A DNA stretch of 64,000 nt, taken from contig JAHRHZ010000133.1 of assembly GCA_024137785.1 (NCBI GenBank), positions 12,756,620 to 12,820,619 on the forward strand, given 5' to 3'. Source of the stretch: Ginglymostoma cirratum (Eukaryota). A model generated the notes under the pieces. It had not been told where the DNA came from. It saw only the letters and a program-made list of their open reading frames with translations, and did not search any database. The translations under genes and the position numbers were made by a program. Positions 49,617 to 62,399 of this stretch are shown one piece after another (positions within the stretch are counted from its first letter, which is position 1; every line of letters starts with the position of its first letter).

Positions 49617-50639
49617 GTGAATTTTAATGCCCAGGTAATTACCCCTGCATAGATTTTTTTCAGGTGTCTTCATTAGATCCAGCCATTAGACATGCCTTTT
49701 TATATTCCTGTAATTTCAACTACTTTCACACCAGGTGACTTTAGTGGCTATTTCAAAGTGTTCAGCTCATTTTTAATTGTTTTTCTCTTAGCTTCCAAAG
49801 ACTAAGGCTTTCAAGTTAGTCTATAAAGTTTTAAAGATTAATAGTCTGTACTTTATCATCATGACATTCACAAAGCCACATAAGGAAAATGCCAGGGCAG
49901 ATGGCCAAAAACCAGATGAAAGCAGTCAGCTTTAGGGAGTGTCTTAAAGGAGATATCTGGGAGTGGAACTCCAGAGCTGGCGGTCTTGGCTGCTGAAGTG
50001 CTCTAAAAACACTAAATTAACGCAAGCTATTGATGTTCTTTAGTGTTTTGTAGAATTCAAAATAGTGTACTAAACAAATGTTGTTTAGCTCATAAAATAG
50101 CATGTGTACTGTTCTAACATTGAAGAGCACAGCCTCTGCTGTCAGTGGTGCAAGATAACATTAACAGAAATGGCAGGCAGACAGAGATTAACAATCTCAT
50201 GTTGTGAAAGTTACTTTTGCCACAGTGCATTGACAATCTGCCCAAATATAGTGATAGGAGGCCTGTATCTCTGCAAGTTTCCCACAAATACAATTCTTAA
50301 TCTCACTTAAGATCATCTGTGGTCTGGTATTGAAGGATATGGTGTCATACTCTATGGAACAGGGGGAGCTCAATCACTTATTGAGGTGACATTGCTCTTC
50401 TTCATCATTTCCATATCAAGAGGGCTGACACCAGCATCTAATTTTATGCCTCTGCCAATATTATTCATGTATCAAGACTGTCATAGGGTTCCTGGATGAA
50501 TTACCTTGAAATTTCTTTATATTCCTGCCTGGGCTCTTCATTATGTCCGCTGGCAGTTAGACACACATTGGTTGCTTACCGCATACTGTAGAAATTTGCT
50601 CATGTGGCAGATGTCCAAAGCATTAAAAAAAAACTTTTC

Positions 50640-51005
50640 AATTAGCATTGTGATGAAGTGGGAAAACTGAGGTTACTTGAACAAGTCTGGCTTTGTTGCA
50701 GATACAGTTGAAAGAGAATAGAATTAAAGCAGAATCTGGGAAAGATTTCTTAAGGCTAGAGTGAAGAATTATTTGTCAAAATTCATTGTCGAAGCAGAAT
50801 CCATAACACTATTCAAACTCTGGACAGAAGCTTGATCCTGCCTTCATCAAGTGCCCATATAGATATGGATGGGGGTCCCTGGATAACCTTAAAAACACAA
50901 TAACATAGCTGTTTGTATAAGAACACAACTGAAGGATGAGCTAGATATTGGAATTGCTCCTGTGGATCAAAGGTCAGCAACGGACATGATGGGCCGAAAG
51001 GCACA
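50640..51005 (+). mobile_element. Old CR1 3' fragment
   Basis: Tail ggacatgatgggccgaaaggc; degenerate RT C-terminus. Confidence 0.5.
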
Positions 51006-53399
51006 CAAGATTCTTGTTCGCATTTTCAGGAGTGAACCAGATTCCTGAGGTGTAATGTATTTTCACTTTATTGCTTTGCTATGGCATTGATTTCACTCGT
51101 TCGGATGTGGCTCAGCGTCAGATGGAGGTCCCATTCTCATTGCTATAACTGGACTCTGTCGTTCAGCAGACAATCATCCCCGTTGCTAAAACAGAATATG
51201 TCACAGACTTCTGCTCCGTGTTGTTAAGATAGCAACATGATCATGGCTCAGCCTGTGCATTTCCTGGGCTGCTAAATCTGATGTTTCGCAAGCTATGTTT
51301 AATCAAATGCCCTCAAAACAGGAGGGGATGTGCTTGCAAATATCTATATTTAGACAAGTTTTGATTTAGTTAGAGCTTTCATTTACAGATAAGCTTGTAA
51401 TGTGCACTAAATCATGAAAAGTAGTAGGTAATTCTCATTACTGTTCCACCTGCCCATTTATTTTCTTTCCCTCCCACTCCCCACCACCAACATCTATTCT
51501 AAGCCATAACCTCACCTTTCCCACATAATCTCCCATAACGAATTCTTTGTTGTTTTTGGAATGTGCTCATTGTACCTGGGCTGATAATGCTCTTCAGTCT
51601 GAAGTGGGGGTGCGTGAGTCAATTTGTTCCAGTTTGGCTTCCTCTAAGAAAACAATTTGATGTTATTCGCTACTGTCCTCGAACTCAGAACTGGAGTAGG
51701 GACTGAACTGAGGCATCAGTTGGGTTGATATAACCAGACCCTGGATTTTTGGAGAAGGAAAGAAAAGACATCACCTGGATTGAGATCATATCCTGAGATC
51801 CCCACGCTTATTAGGCAAAGACAGGATTAATCTTCCAGTCCAATGGTCCACTCATTTATACCGTTCGCTGTCAAAATTCACCGAGGTGGTGAATGAGATG
51901 AAATCTCACTGAGGCAGTGGGAGTCTCATCAGCTGGCCAGAGATAAAGCAAAAGATCCGCCCTGCCTCTTCGAGGAAAGATCCAGCGAAACTAATGTCAG
52001 TCAGGTATCGGCAAGGCCACTAATGCGTCTTCACCTCAAATTAAGTTGCAGTGTGAGGAGGTCCTGTCCAGCAAGAGCTGCCAATCAGAGGCCGACAGCA
52101 CTGTAGAGAAAGTGGTGACTGATGCTGGAAGAGCAGTGAAAATCGCTTAGAAGAAATTTGTGGTCTTGGTAGTTTCTGGGTTAGGTGTAGGAGAGAGAAG
52201 GGGGTAGGAATGTTGGAAGCAAGGAGGGCATTACTGTCAGTAGCTACCCCTTGCCTGATGTCCAGTCCCTCAATCTGGCAGTGACTGCGTTTGAAGGTCG
52301 TACCCCACAGCTGACAAGCTACCTGTAAAGTTGTCCTATTGTGTACGCTGTTCATTGGCAGGCCTGCTTGCTGCTGGGTTAGTTTAACAGTGGCCTTAAA
52401 TTGTCCTTAACTGGCAGGATTGTCGTCATTGGAGCTTCCTGCTGTGAACTTAATTCTGGTGGAGACGAGAAGTTGCTGTGCTTTGGATACGCTCCATCTA
52501 ATTAAGTGCCTTTCCTCCCTCTAAGCTCAATGCATCTTCAGAACCATGAAGGTTACAACCTTCAGCATCCATTCTCTTCAAATTTACAACCATTGCAATA
52601 AGCAATTGAGATATCAAGGAGTTGTAGGCTCATTAATTTTATCAACCATCCCATCAGCTCTACAACCGATGCATAAACTCAGAAGATATACCTCTTTGGC
52701 TTGGTGTACCCCACACAAATTTATAGACAGGGTAGATTGGTGAAAGATCACCATTCAAACAACAGGTTTGAATGGTATATTTTTTCATTACTCTGACTTT
52801 GTGCTCTTCAGTAATCCAATAACAGAAAACTCTTGAATAACAGTCTTTAAGGTAATATTTTCTAAGTGACTACTAAAGACACATTTATCAAAAAAATGTA
52901 ATTCTTAAAAAGCAATCCTGTGAATGTTGACTTAAGCAAGACAGAGAGAAACCACCTGCAAGGTTAAATTGAGTGGACATTTCACAAACAGCTTTTCATA
53001 AAAAAAGAAAATATCTATCCTGGATAAAAGATGCCGTGACATTGAATTACAATTTGGCAAAAGAAGAGTTTTGGTGAACTGTGTTTCTGCTGGGCACTGA
53101 GAATAAAACTGTACTCTGAAGTGAAAGATGTGCTATTTTTAATTGAAGCGAGTACAAAAAATATTATTTATAATACTATTGTGTTCCGAGGAAGAGTCAA
53201 CAGAACATGTTTTCAACATGGCAGGCCAGGCACAGCTCCAAGTACTAAATGGTGTGCTTAATAAAGAATGACAGTGAACGACATTTTAAAAAGGGAGATC
53301 TGATATCATCATCTTACATTATGTAGATTGGGTGATCTACAGTAATTGTTCACCTATTCAAATATATTAAAGGTAGTGTTGTTTAACATAAAAAGAGAA

Positions 53400-53540
53400 T
53401 TATCATAACCTGAAGTGCAAATGGTTTGTAGGGCCTCAAGCAAAAGGCAAGGATGTAGCTGAGTTGTTCTTGCGGAGAGTCTGCACATGCACAATGGGCT
53501 GAATGGTCTCCTTCCCTCCTGTCACCATTCTATGATACTT
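53400..53540 (+). mobile_element. CR1 3' tail fragment
   Basis: gcacaatgggctgaatggtctccttc...attctatgat. Confidence 0.55.
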
Positions 53541-54589
53541 CCAGTGGAATTTTAAGCCTCAACTTGTGTGGTTTGCAGGTGACAAGCGGTCTTTAAAGTT
53601 CTGCTGCTGACTTTCTCGCCACCTTTCTGCCAGTCCCAACTTTGGCATTGTATTATGAACGTGGGGTAAGTTAGGGTAGCCTGCCCATCCTCACTGTCAT
53701 TGAGGCTCTAAGTGTTCAACTAAGGGTCAATACCCGTCTCGACTGCAATATTCCAACCAGTGAGGAGGAATCAGCATTCCCAGCAGGATAGCCTGTTTAG
53801 AAATTAAGTGGAAAAGAAGGGGTGTTTCCTTCACAGGCTATCTTTTGCAATCAGTTCCCCATCCCTCTCTCCATACCATTTCAACACCGTCAGTGCCCTC
53901 TCCTTACCTGTTATTTTCACTCACTCCTTGCACCTCTTCAATCCCATCACAGCAGTCCATCCTGTCCAGGCCGGTTACGAGCACCCCAGACATACTGTGC
54001 ACCTGGGTCTTCTTCACTGGGAGTGGCCACAATCCTCACAGTGTCCACTGTTCCCAGTGGTGCTCTTGGGACCAAACGGCTATTGGCTAATCCAGGTGGT
54101 CAGCAGCTCTTGGAGACAGGACTTCCTCAGCAGATGTCTGTCTGGCAAGGGTTGATAAACACAACGCTGGTGAATTAATAGTCCAGAGCTCTTGTGTCCT
54201 TCATTAAATGCTGTCTTATGGCTGAATATCATAAGGAATGTGATGATAGTGAACTGGATATAATGTTTCTGATGCCTGCCCTGCCCCAGTTGAAGAAGTA
54301 GAAGAAGGCCTAAGGCACTTCGATGAGGGAGACCTAACCAAATTCAGTTGTCAGGCACTTTAGTGGCCTGCACTGGGTCTTCCCTGAGAATTATGAATCC
54401 AGGCAGTGGAATTCCTGTCTCAGAGAGCTGCCGGTAAGTTAGAGACAGGCAGCTCTCCAATGCCCCATCAGCACCACTGGAAATAGAGACTCTAGCCAAT
54501 AATGCATCCACCGGAGGTCTACGCAGAGGGAAAAATTAAACTTTTTTATTTTTATAATTAATTAATATTTAGAAACAAACTTACAGGGC

Positions 54590-55310
54590 ATTGAATCGTA
54601 GAATCCCTACAGTATGGAAGCAGACCATTCAGCCCATCAAGACCACACTATCCTTCTGAAGAGCATCCCACCCAGACACAACCCCCACCCTCTACCATAT
54701 CCCTGTGACCCTTCATTTTCCCATGGCTAATCCATCTGGCCTGCACATCCCTGCACACTATGGGCAATTTAGCATGGCCAATAAATATAATTTGCGCATT
54801 GTTGGACTGTGGGAAGAAACCGGAGCACCTGGAAGAAACCCATGCAATGGGGAGGCGATGGCCTAGTGGTATTATCGCTGAACTGTTAATCCAGAGACCC
54901 AGATAATGTTCTGAGGATCCAGGCTCAAATCCCGCCATGACAGATGGTGGAATTTGAATTCAATAAATATCTGGAATTAAGAATCTAATGATGACCATGT
55001 ATCCATTATTGACTGTTGGGGGGAAAAGCCCATCTGGTTCACTAAGGCCCGTTAGGAAAGGAAACTGCCATCCTTACCTGGTCTGGCCTGCATGTGACTC
55101 CAGACCCGCAGCAATGTGGTTGACTCTTAACTGCTCTCTGGGCAATTAAAGATGGGCAATAAATGCTGCCTAACCAGCAACACCCTCATCCATTGAATGA
55201 ATTTTTAAAAAATGGGGAGAACATGCAATCTCCACACACATAGTTACCTGAGGGTGGAATTGAACCTAGGTCCCTGATGCTGTGAGGCATCCGTGCTAAC
55301 CATCGTGCCA
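54590..55310 (-). mobile_element. HE1 V-SINE interrupted by the tRNA-headed SINE
   Basis: Head ggcacgatggttagcac..ggttcaattcc; V-domain; CR1-like tail gatgggctgaatggtctgcttccatactgtagggattctacg. Confidence 0.92.
54849..55210 (+). mobile_element. Full-length tRNA-headed SINE (central domain recalls the MetaSINE domain)
   Basis: A box TGGCCTAGTGG, B box GGCTCAAATCC; catctggttcactaa..ggaaaggaaactgccatccttacctggtctggcc; tail ending gaatgaat; flanking repeat aatggggag at 54846-54854 and 55211-55219. Confidence 0.9.
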
Positions 55311-57080
55311 AAGTGGAGCATTTTGACGTACATAAGGGCTAGTCAAACAAGTTGACATAATTTGCAAGTTTTACTCGTTTTTCTTTCTAGATAGGTTCTG
55401 ACAAAGGACACAATGGCTGGATGGCAGGAGCTGGAGGCATTCGTAACTAAGTTGTAGGTCACTGTGGACATCAAACATCTCGAAGCCTGGTCCCTTGATT
55501 AGGCTGAGCGCATCTTTGATTGAAAGGACTCGCTGGGCGGCTGGACAGGGCTTGTTGAGTGGCCTTCAGGATTTGAAACCCATTCAAGTTAGGAGAGTGA
55601 CCAGTGATAAATGAACCTTAAGTGTCTCAATAAAGAGCATAATTAGCCAGCACCATGTCAATTAACCAGCACCATGTCACCCACTTCAACAGGTTCCTGT
55701 GGATCCAGCTCAGTGAATTTGCACGTTTTCTCTCACATTCATTACTTGAGTTTTTGTTTGGGCTGGTCAAACTGAGCCAGAAACACAAAAATGGGTTTTC
55801 CAGTTGTGTGAGTGACTTCTGTAGCCTCGTTCTCAACATGATTGGGTCAGAAACTGAGCCTCTGCCCTTACACTGTGTTCTTTTGGTGTCAGATCTTCGA
55901 AAAGCTCCTTTTGTTGTACAAAATGTGGATTTTAACCTGCAGATAGTGAAACAGGTTTAGATTAGGTCTGATGCTGGGGTCTCTGAAGTTCCAGCTGCAA
56001 TACAAGCTAAGTCCATAGCAACTGAGTGGATTGAAATATTTTGCACAGAAGTACATGTTTATCCAGCCATACAATGCCATCCGACATTGACAACAGCTGT
56101 TTCCAGTGCACACGAGGATCAGGTAATTGTCAAGTCCACACAAGACATCAATCTCAAAATCCTTTTCCTGTGAAATGGAACCAGCAAGTGGACAGAACAC
56201 ACACCTTTCATGTATAGGTTCTCTGATGAGCCAGAGGTTTACAGAACAGAAATCGAGGGGGATGAAGGATTTTCACATAAATCGCATACCTTGGAGAAGA
56301 GAGAACTGTACTCAAGCAATCTTCGGGGAATTCTGGTTAGAGAAATTCCACCCATTCCAGATATTGAAGCATGGGATTCAGCATGCATGCATCAGTCAGT
56401 GCTCACTTGTGTGTAAAAGTGTGCCAGATAGAATAGCTATAGTAAGTGTTTAGACAAATGTCCACATATTCTTACTACTCCGTTTGTAATAGCTATTCAA
56501 GAGGAGGTCTGGAATGTAGCTGAGACTTCTGCCTTAACTATTGATGAAAAATGCTAAGTAACAAAGTAAATCAGTCAAGAAATTATGAAAGGAGAAAAAA
56601 GTTTTGTTGCAGGTACACTGGAATGAGATGAATTGCTAATACTGCAGAGAACAAACAGCTATTTAAGTGTGGAATGTTGAGTGCGCAGTGAGCAATCTGA
56701 GACATCGAAGTGCTTGCACAACAAGCAATGGAAACTAGCCTCATCTCTAAAAAAACTTATGTATCAACAGCATACATACACAGAATATGATGATTAATAC
56801 TAAGCATATTTTTCTTACATAAATAAGCCTATAAAAGATATATACATTGGAGCTTGCAGGGAGTGTCAATTGATCTTGCTGAGATTAACATAAATAGACA
56901 ACAAGACACACACACAACCTACTGAAAATGTCCTTGATAACTGGAAAATAATTTTATAATTTGGTCAGTATATTTCACTGATGCTGTAAGCAAGGGATTC
57001 AATTTTATTACCTCATTGAGTTGATTTAATTAAGAATGCAATCTCAAATTTGTATTTGAGGCAAATAATGTGCAACAATA

Positions 57081-57192
57081 GGTCAAGCAGCATCATAGGA
57101 GCAGCTCCTATGATGCTGCTTGACCTGCTGTGCTCATCCAGCCCCATGCTTGTTATCTCGGATTCTCCAGCATCTGCAGTACCTTTTATCTC
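57081..57192 (+). mobile_element. Short Penelope pLTR with a 5' fold-back
   Basis: ggtcaagcagcatcataggagc-a-gctcctatgatgctgcttgacc hairpin; TSD taatgtgcaacaata at 57066-57080 and 57193-57207. Confidence 0.92.
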
Positions 57193-57532
57193 TAATGTGC
57201 AACAATACCCTGTTGTTCATAAGGACAGTGAGGTTGTGGGGATTTGTTAGCATAGATGGATAGAAATTGGAGCAAACAATGCCAACAGTGCAGATTGAAT
57301 CCATATGCTAGCTGTGGTAGTTTATGGAGATCTGTCTTCTTGCCTTACCCACCACTTGATATAGAATGGTATCCCTCAAATTCTTTTTATAACTAGTTGT
57401 CTGTCTGTCAGTCTCTCTCTCTCCTTCATGGACGGTGGGTAATTATTTCCATATCTAGTAGAGACGTGTGACAATATCCTGTATGAACACAACACTGCAT
57501 TTCTGAAAAATGAAATAACAGATTTAAGTATG

Positions 57533-58160
57533 AACATAGAACATAGAACGGTACAGAACAGGAACAGGCCATTCAGCCCACCATGTCTGTTCTGACCACG
57601 TTGCCATTCTAAACTAATCCCATTTGCCTCTATATGGTCCGTATCCCTTTATTCCCTGACTGTTCATATGTCTGTCCAAGTGCCTCTTAAACGTTGCTAC
57701 CATATCTGCTTCTACCACCTCCGCTGGCAGCGTGATCCAGGCAATTATTACCCTCTGCGTCAAAAACTTCTCTCACATGTCTTCTTTAAACTTTCCCCCT
57801 CTCACCATAAACTTATGCCCTGTAGTATTTGACATTTTTACCCTGGACAATAGACTCTGATTCTCCACCCTATACATGCCTCTCATAATTTTATATACTT
57901 CTATCAGGTCACCCTCAGCTTCCCACACTCTAGTGAAAACAATCCAAGTTCGTCCACCCTCTCCTTGTAGTGAATACGCCCCATTTCAGGCAACGTCCTG
58001 GTAAACTCCCTTTGGACCCTCTTCAAAGCCTCCATATTCTTCCTATAGTGTGGCGACCAGAACTGCATAAAATACTCCAAATGTGGCAAATTTTATAGAG
58101 CTGCAACATGACATCCAACCTTTTATAATCAATGCCTCAACCAATGCATGCAAGCATGCA
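57533..58160 (-). mobile_element. CR1 LINE 3' part
   Basis: PHLEYFMQFWSPHYRKNMEALKRVQREFTR; (catagaa)n tail. Confidence 0.9.
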
Positions 58161-61100
58161 TGGACTTGGAGGAGGTAAACTCCTGATCCAGGGATTGCAA
58201 CAATTACTTTTCTTAATTCCTATCATGAATGGTGGTTAACAGGTGACCAGACCTGGTGTAGGGTAGACGCACGCTGAACTATTCAGTGTAGTGCATATGC
58301 AGTGATTCTCCTAACAGTGAAGAAAGCTTTAAGCTTCGCAGTTGCACAATAGGGCACCAAAACTTGATATAATTATATCCTCAGGTGTGCAATTTCTCTC
58401 CTTAGATTCATGCCAGCCTTGATGGGATTGCACACAGTCAGGAATACCGACAAACTCTGAGACTACCCATCATTTCATTCAGCAAACTCCTTGCAGCTCA
58501 ACACAACATTTGCTTGCTCCAAGGAAACTGCTTGAATTCCAAGAACTGCAGAACTTCTTTAGATTGAGGGAACAGATTTTTCTGCATTTCTTCCATTGTG
58601 ATCAATAACTCTGCTTTTCTCTACCCATAACAACCTCCCCTTTAAAGCCTATCTTGAGTCCATTGAAAGATGGTCCTTGTTACTTTTCAAGAAGAACTGG
58701 GAGGCTGAAGTGTTTAACAACAGCAGGAGCTTTATATTAAGGAGGTGTTCATTCTGCAATCAGTAAGGTTAGATTAAGCTGTTTCCCTCCAAAATTGTCA
58801 ATGACATCACGTGATCAGACTCTTAAAGTGATAGTCCTTATATACAACAGTCAATAGGTAAGACAGAGGATGTTAATTCCACTGTAGCTGTCGGGACACC
58901 TCAGGCAACCATTTACTTTTCTTGTTGGCTTTAAGCTCTGGTGTTTTAGGTGTACTAGGAACATCATCTATTGTTATCTTTTCCTGACATGATTAAATGT
59001 TCAGAGGTTCAGACAATACCATGGTATTCTTCATTAAGGCACTGTCTCCCTCAGTTGCTGCTCTGTCCTGAGGTATATCCAGGTCTGTGTTTGTCACACT
59101 TACTTGTGAATCTTCGATCTCTGTACATTCTCTGGTTGTCTCTGGTACATTCTCTGGTTGCTAAGAATTGATCCGCATGTCTTCTCCATGCTATATTATC
59201 TCTCATCTGTACAGTATATGAAACTGATCTGGGCTGTGCACCAATGATGGCTGGTAACCCCTTCTTCCCAAGGTTTAATACATTGTTAGTTCTTGACCTT
59301 TTTGGAAATTATGGCATTTTTCCTTGTTCTCTTGTTGAAAACCTGATTCTGTTGCTTCCTGCTAACAATGTCTTTCATCATGGGTGGTTTCAACAAATCA
59401 AATGCCATGCACAGCTGACACGTCTCCAAGAACAATATGGAGAACTTTGAGTCATTGAGTGGGTTATATTTTGGTATGTTAACAAAAATTGCCTCAGTTC
59501 TTTGGATATTACTCCTTATTCTTCCTTAAACAATGTTTCAGCGTCTGAATGAATCTTTCTGACAAATCGTTTGAGGCTGGGTGATATGGAGCTGTTTGGA
59601 TACATTGAATTCCATTCTGCTTTAGACAGTCCATAAATTCTTGTGATATAAATTATGGACCATTATCACAAACACATGGTTCCAATAACCAAATCTCAGA
59701 GCAATCTCACCCAATTTTTCAATGTTTTTTTTGTTGTGAAGATGTCATCTTCATGATGGCAACTTCAGGTCATTTAGCATGTATGTCAACCACGATGCGA
59801 AACATTTGCCCTTCAAAAGGTCTGGTGTAGTCAATACGTATTATTTGTCAAAGCCTTTCTGGCTTTTCCCATGAGTGTAATGGTGCTAATGGAGGTAGGT
59901 TGTGAACTCCTGTGCAAGCAGTACATACATCTGCCTTATCCTCAATTTTACAGTCGAACTCTGGTCACCAATATCTTCTGGCTGTCTCCTTCATTCTGAC
60001 AATTCCACAGTGATTTTTATAGTGTTAATTTAACATATGTTTCCTTTCCTGCATTGGAATGATGCCCCTCATTCCCCACAGAAGACACCTTACTTGCATG
60101 GATTGTTCTAGCTTCCATGCGAGCAATTTTCTCATTTCCAGGGTTATTCCTGTGATCTTGCCACAACGTGCTATGCTCACCACTTTTGATAGTAGTGTAT
60201 CATTTCTAATGCACTTCTTAACTTGTCCTGCCATTAACGGAGTGTTGTCTAATTAATTCAAAGTTGAAAAAGTCTGCATATGAACTGTTTGTAATTGACT
60301 CATTTGGCTCAATCTAGAGAGCCAATCAACATTCCCATGGAAGTTGGATTGCTAATGCATATTTGTGATATGTTGTACATTACACATAGTAAGTGTGAGC
60401 TGATCGCAACAATATACACCTTTGCATACAGCTCACTGCGAGATAAGGTATCCCCACAGGAGGCCAAAATGTTGTAGTCAATAATTTGTGATCTGTTACT
60501 AGGGCAAATTCCCAGCCACAGGGTTAATGGTGGAAAGGTCCAATGCCAAATATGGTTCCTAGAGCTTCTTTTGCTATCTGTGAATTGTTCATTTCTGCTT
60601 TGATTAACATTCTTGATGCATGAGCTATTGGCTTTTCTTTACCATTGGGAAATATGTGAGAAACGATTGCTGTCATTCCATATGGTGATGCATTTAGTTG
60701 CAATGATAACTTTGGCTCAAAACGGGTCAGACTTCTGACTTTAAAAAAGCTTCTTTGGCTTGTGTAAAAGACTCTTTCTTATTGATCTTCCCATTTCCAA
60801 TTCTTGTTTTGACATAATAAATTGCACAACAGCTCAAGATGGCTACCATATTTGGAACAATATTGCCATAGCAAGTTAGTAATCCCAAAAATGATCAAAG
60901 TTTATTTATATCTTTAGATCCTGGTGCCCTAGTTTTCACTTTTGAAGGTAACTTGTATAATCCCTTAGTATCAATGACATGGCTTAAATATTCAAAACAA
61001 GATTTCAAAAAAAGCTACATTTGCCTTCTCTCACTGTTATACCATAATCTTCAAGTCTGTGCAGAGTAGCATCCAAAGAGTAGAGATGCTGTTTTTCATT

Positions 61101-61692
61101 TCTCTCCCTGACTGATATCATCCAGGTAATGCTGGATTCCTTCCAATCTACTTAAAATTTGATCCATGGAATACTGGAATATACCATGCAGATGTGATTC
61201 CTAAGAAAATCCCTTGTGTTTGAATAGTCCTTTATGTGTTACAATCATCAAGTATTTCTGTGACTTAATAGACATTCACAAGGAGATAGGCTTGAATAAG
61301 GCTAATTTTACTGAAGAGCTGATTTACAGCTTGTCCAGCAAGTAGGTCATCAATTAAAGATAAGGGGTACTGATCAGCACAGCACTAGTACTGAAATATC
61401 ACTGTAGATGTGTACTGATCCATCTATCTTCATCACTGGTACATTAGATATGGTCTAATCACTCACATTTACAGGTTGAAGGACTCACCCTCTCTAATTC
61501 TGACTCAAACCTTTGGTCTGATTGCATAAGGCACTGATCTAGTTTCGCAAAATTTTGCTTGACTCTCATCCTTGATTTTCAATTTGACAGAGATCTTTTC
61601 CATGCTTCTCAGGTCCCCATCAAAAACAACTGCATGTTTCTTTAGAATTTGTGAGAGATCAATCTCAGAATCTGACAAGCGATTTACTTCAG

Positions 61693-61786
61693 AAGAAGGG
61701 TCTAGGCCCGAAACGTCAGCCTTCCTGCTCCTCTGATGCTGCTTGGCCTGCTGTGTTCATCCAGCTCTACACCTTGTTATCTCTTT
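61693..61786 (+). mobile_element. Penelope pLTR fragment inserted in Gypsy pol
   Basis: 16-bp TSD aagcgatttacttcag at 61677-61692 and 61787-61802. Confidence 0.92.
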
Positions 61787-62243
61787 AAGCGATTTACTTC
61801 AGCCCAGTTTGAGCTTGATTTTGTTCAACCGCATCCTTCCTAATAAAATTCGAAAATTTCCTTTGTTATAATGTAATGACATTGACATTGATACAACGCC
61901 TTTAAGTAATTATTTCACCAGTGTACTTTTTAGAGCAGTTTTTGAGGTTCGCCGTGCAATGTGCCTCAGCTGCTTCTGACATTCACTTCCAAGTATCAAT
62001 GAAACTGCTGCTCCAGTGTCCATTTCCATTCTTACCAGTTTGTCATTCAGTGAAGGAGTGACCCTTTATTGGTTAGTCTCACCAGAAATAGACAGTATTT
62101 TAAATAACAGTTCCTTTTTGTAATGTGAATCTAGGCTTTTCTCATGGCCTTTTTTAATGTGTAGATTTTCTTCCTACTCTTTGGGTTCTGCACTTTTGTT
62201 GTATGTTGGTCGTGTTTCTTCCTCACGCACACCCGTTCAATAT

Positions 62244-62399
62244 GGGACGGTAAGAACTGCCAATGCTGGAGTCAGAGATAACACAGTGTGGAGCTGGAGG
62301 AGCACAGCAGGCCAGGCAGCATCACAGGAGTAGGAAGAAGGGTCCCGACCTGAAACCTCAACTTTCCTGCTCCTCTGATGCAGCCTGGCCTGCCGTGTT
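62244..62399. mobile_element. Inverted Penelope pLTR pair inserted in the gag zinc knuckle
   Basis: TSD cacccgttcaatat / cacccattcaatat at 62230-62243 and 62400-62413. Confidence 0.88.

Larger units (their letters stand above)
46086..49866. repeat. Probable long solo LTR split by CR1, Rex1 and Penelope insertions, itself inserted in an L2 tail
   Basis: tgttttgacc..catcatgaca termini; flanks 46030-46085 and 49867-50000 rejoin into an L2-like 3' end; no TSD seen. Confidence 0.35.

Noticed and set aside
54849-54940. tRNA gene (A and B boxes)
   Set aside because: It is a SINE head that runs into the SINE body; no convincing cloverleaf or Pol III terminator.
55641-55679. Short tandem duplications (also ~59120-59160, ~20047-20073) and the (AG)n run at ~11859-11875
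   Set aside because: Ordinary slippage events.
55655-56416. ~760-nt plus-strand frame with only two stops
   Set aside because: No recognisable domain or convincing splice acceptor; compatible with chance. BLASTX would settle it.
23621-62399. Recurring palindromic repeat considered as a CRISPR array or DNA MITE
   Set aside because: Copies are dispersed with no regular spacers, TSDs are variable (13-16 bp), and one copy is attached to a GIY-YIG ORF at 25324-25900, which indicates Penelope pLTRs.
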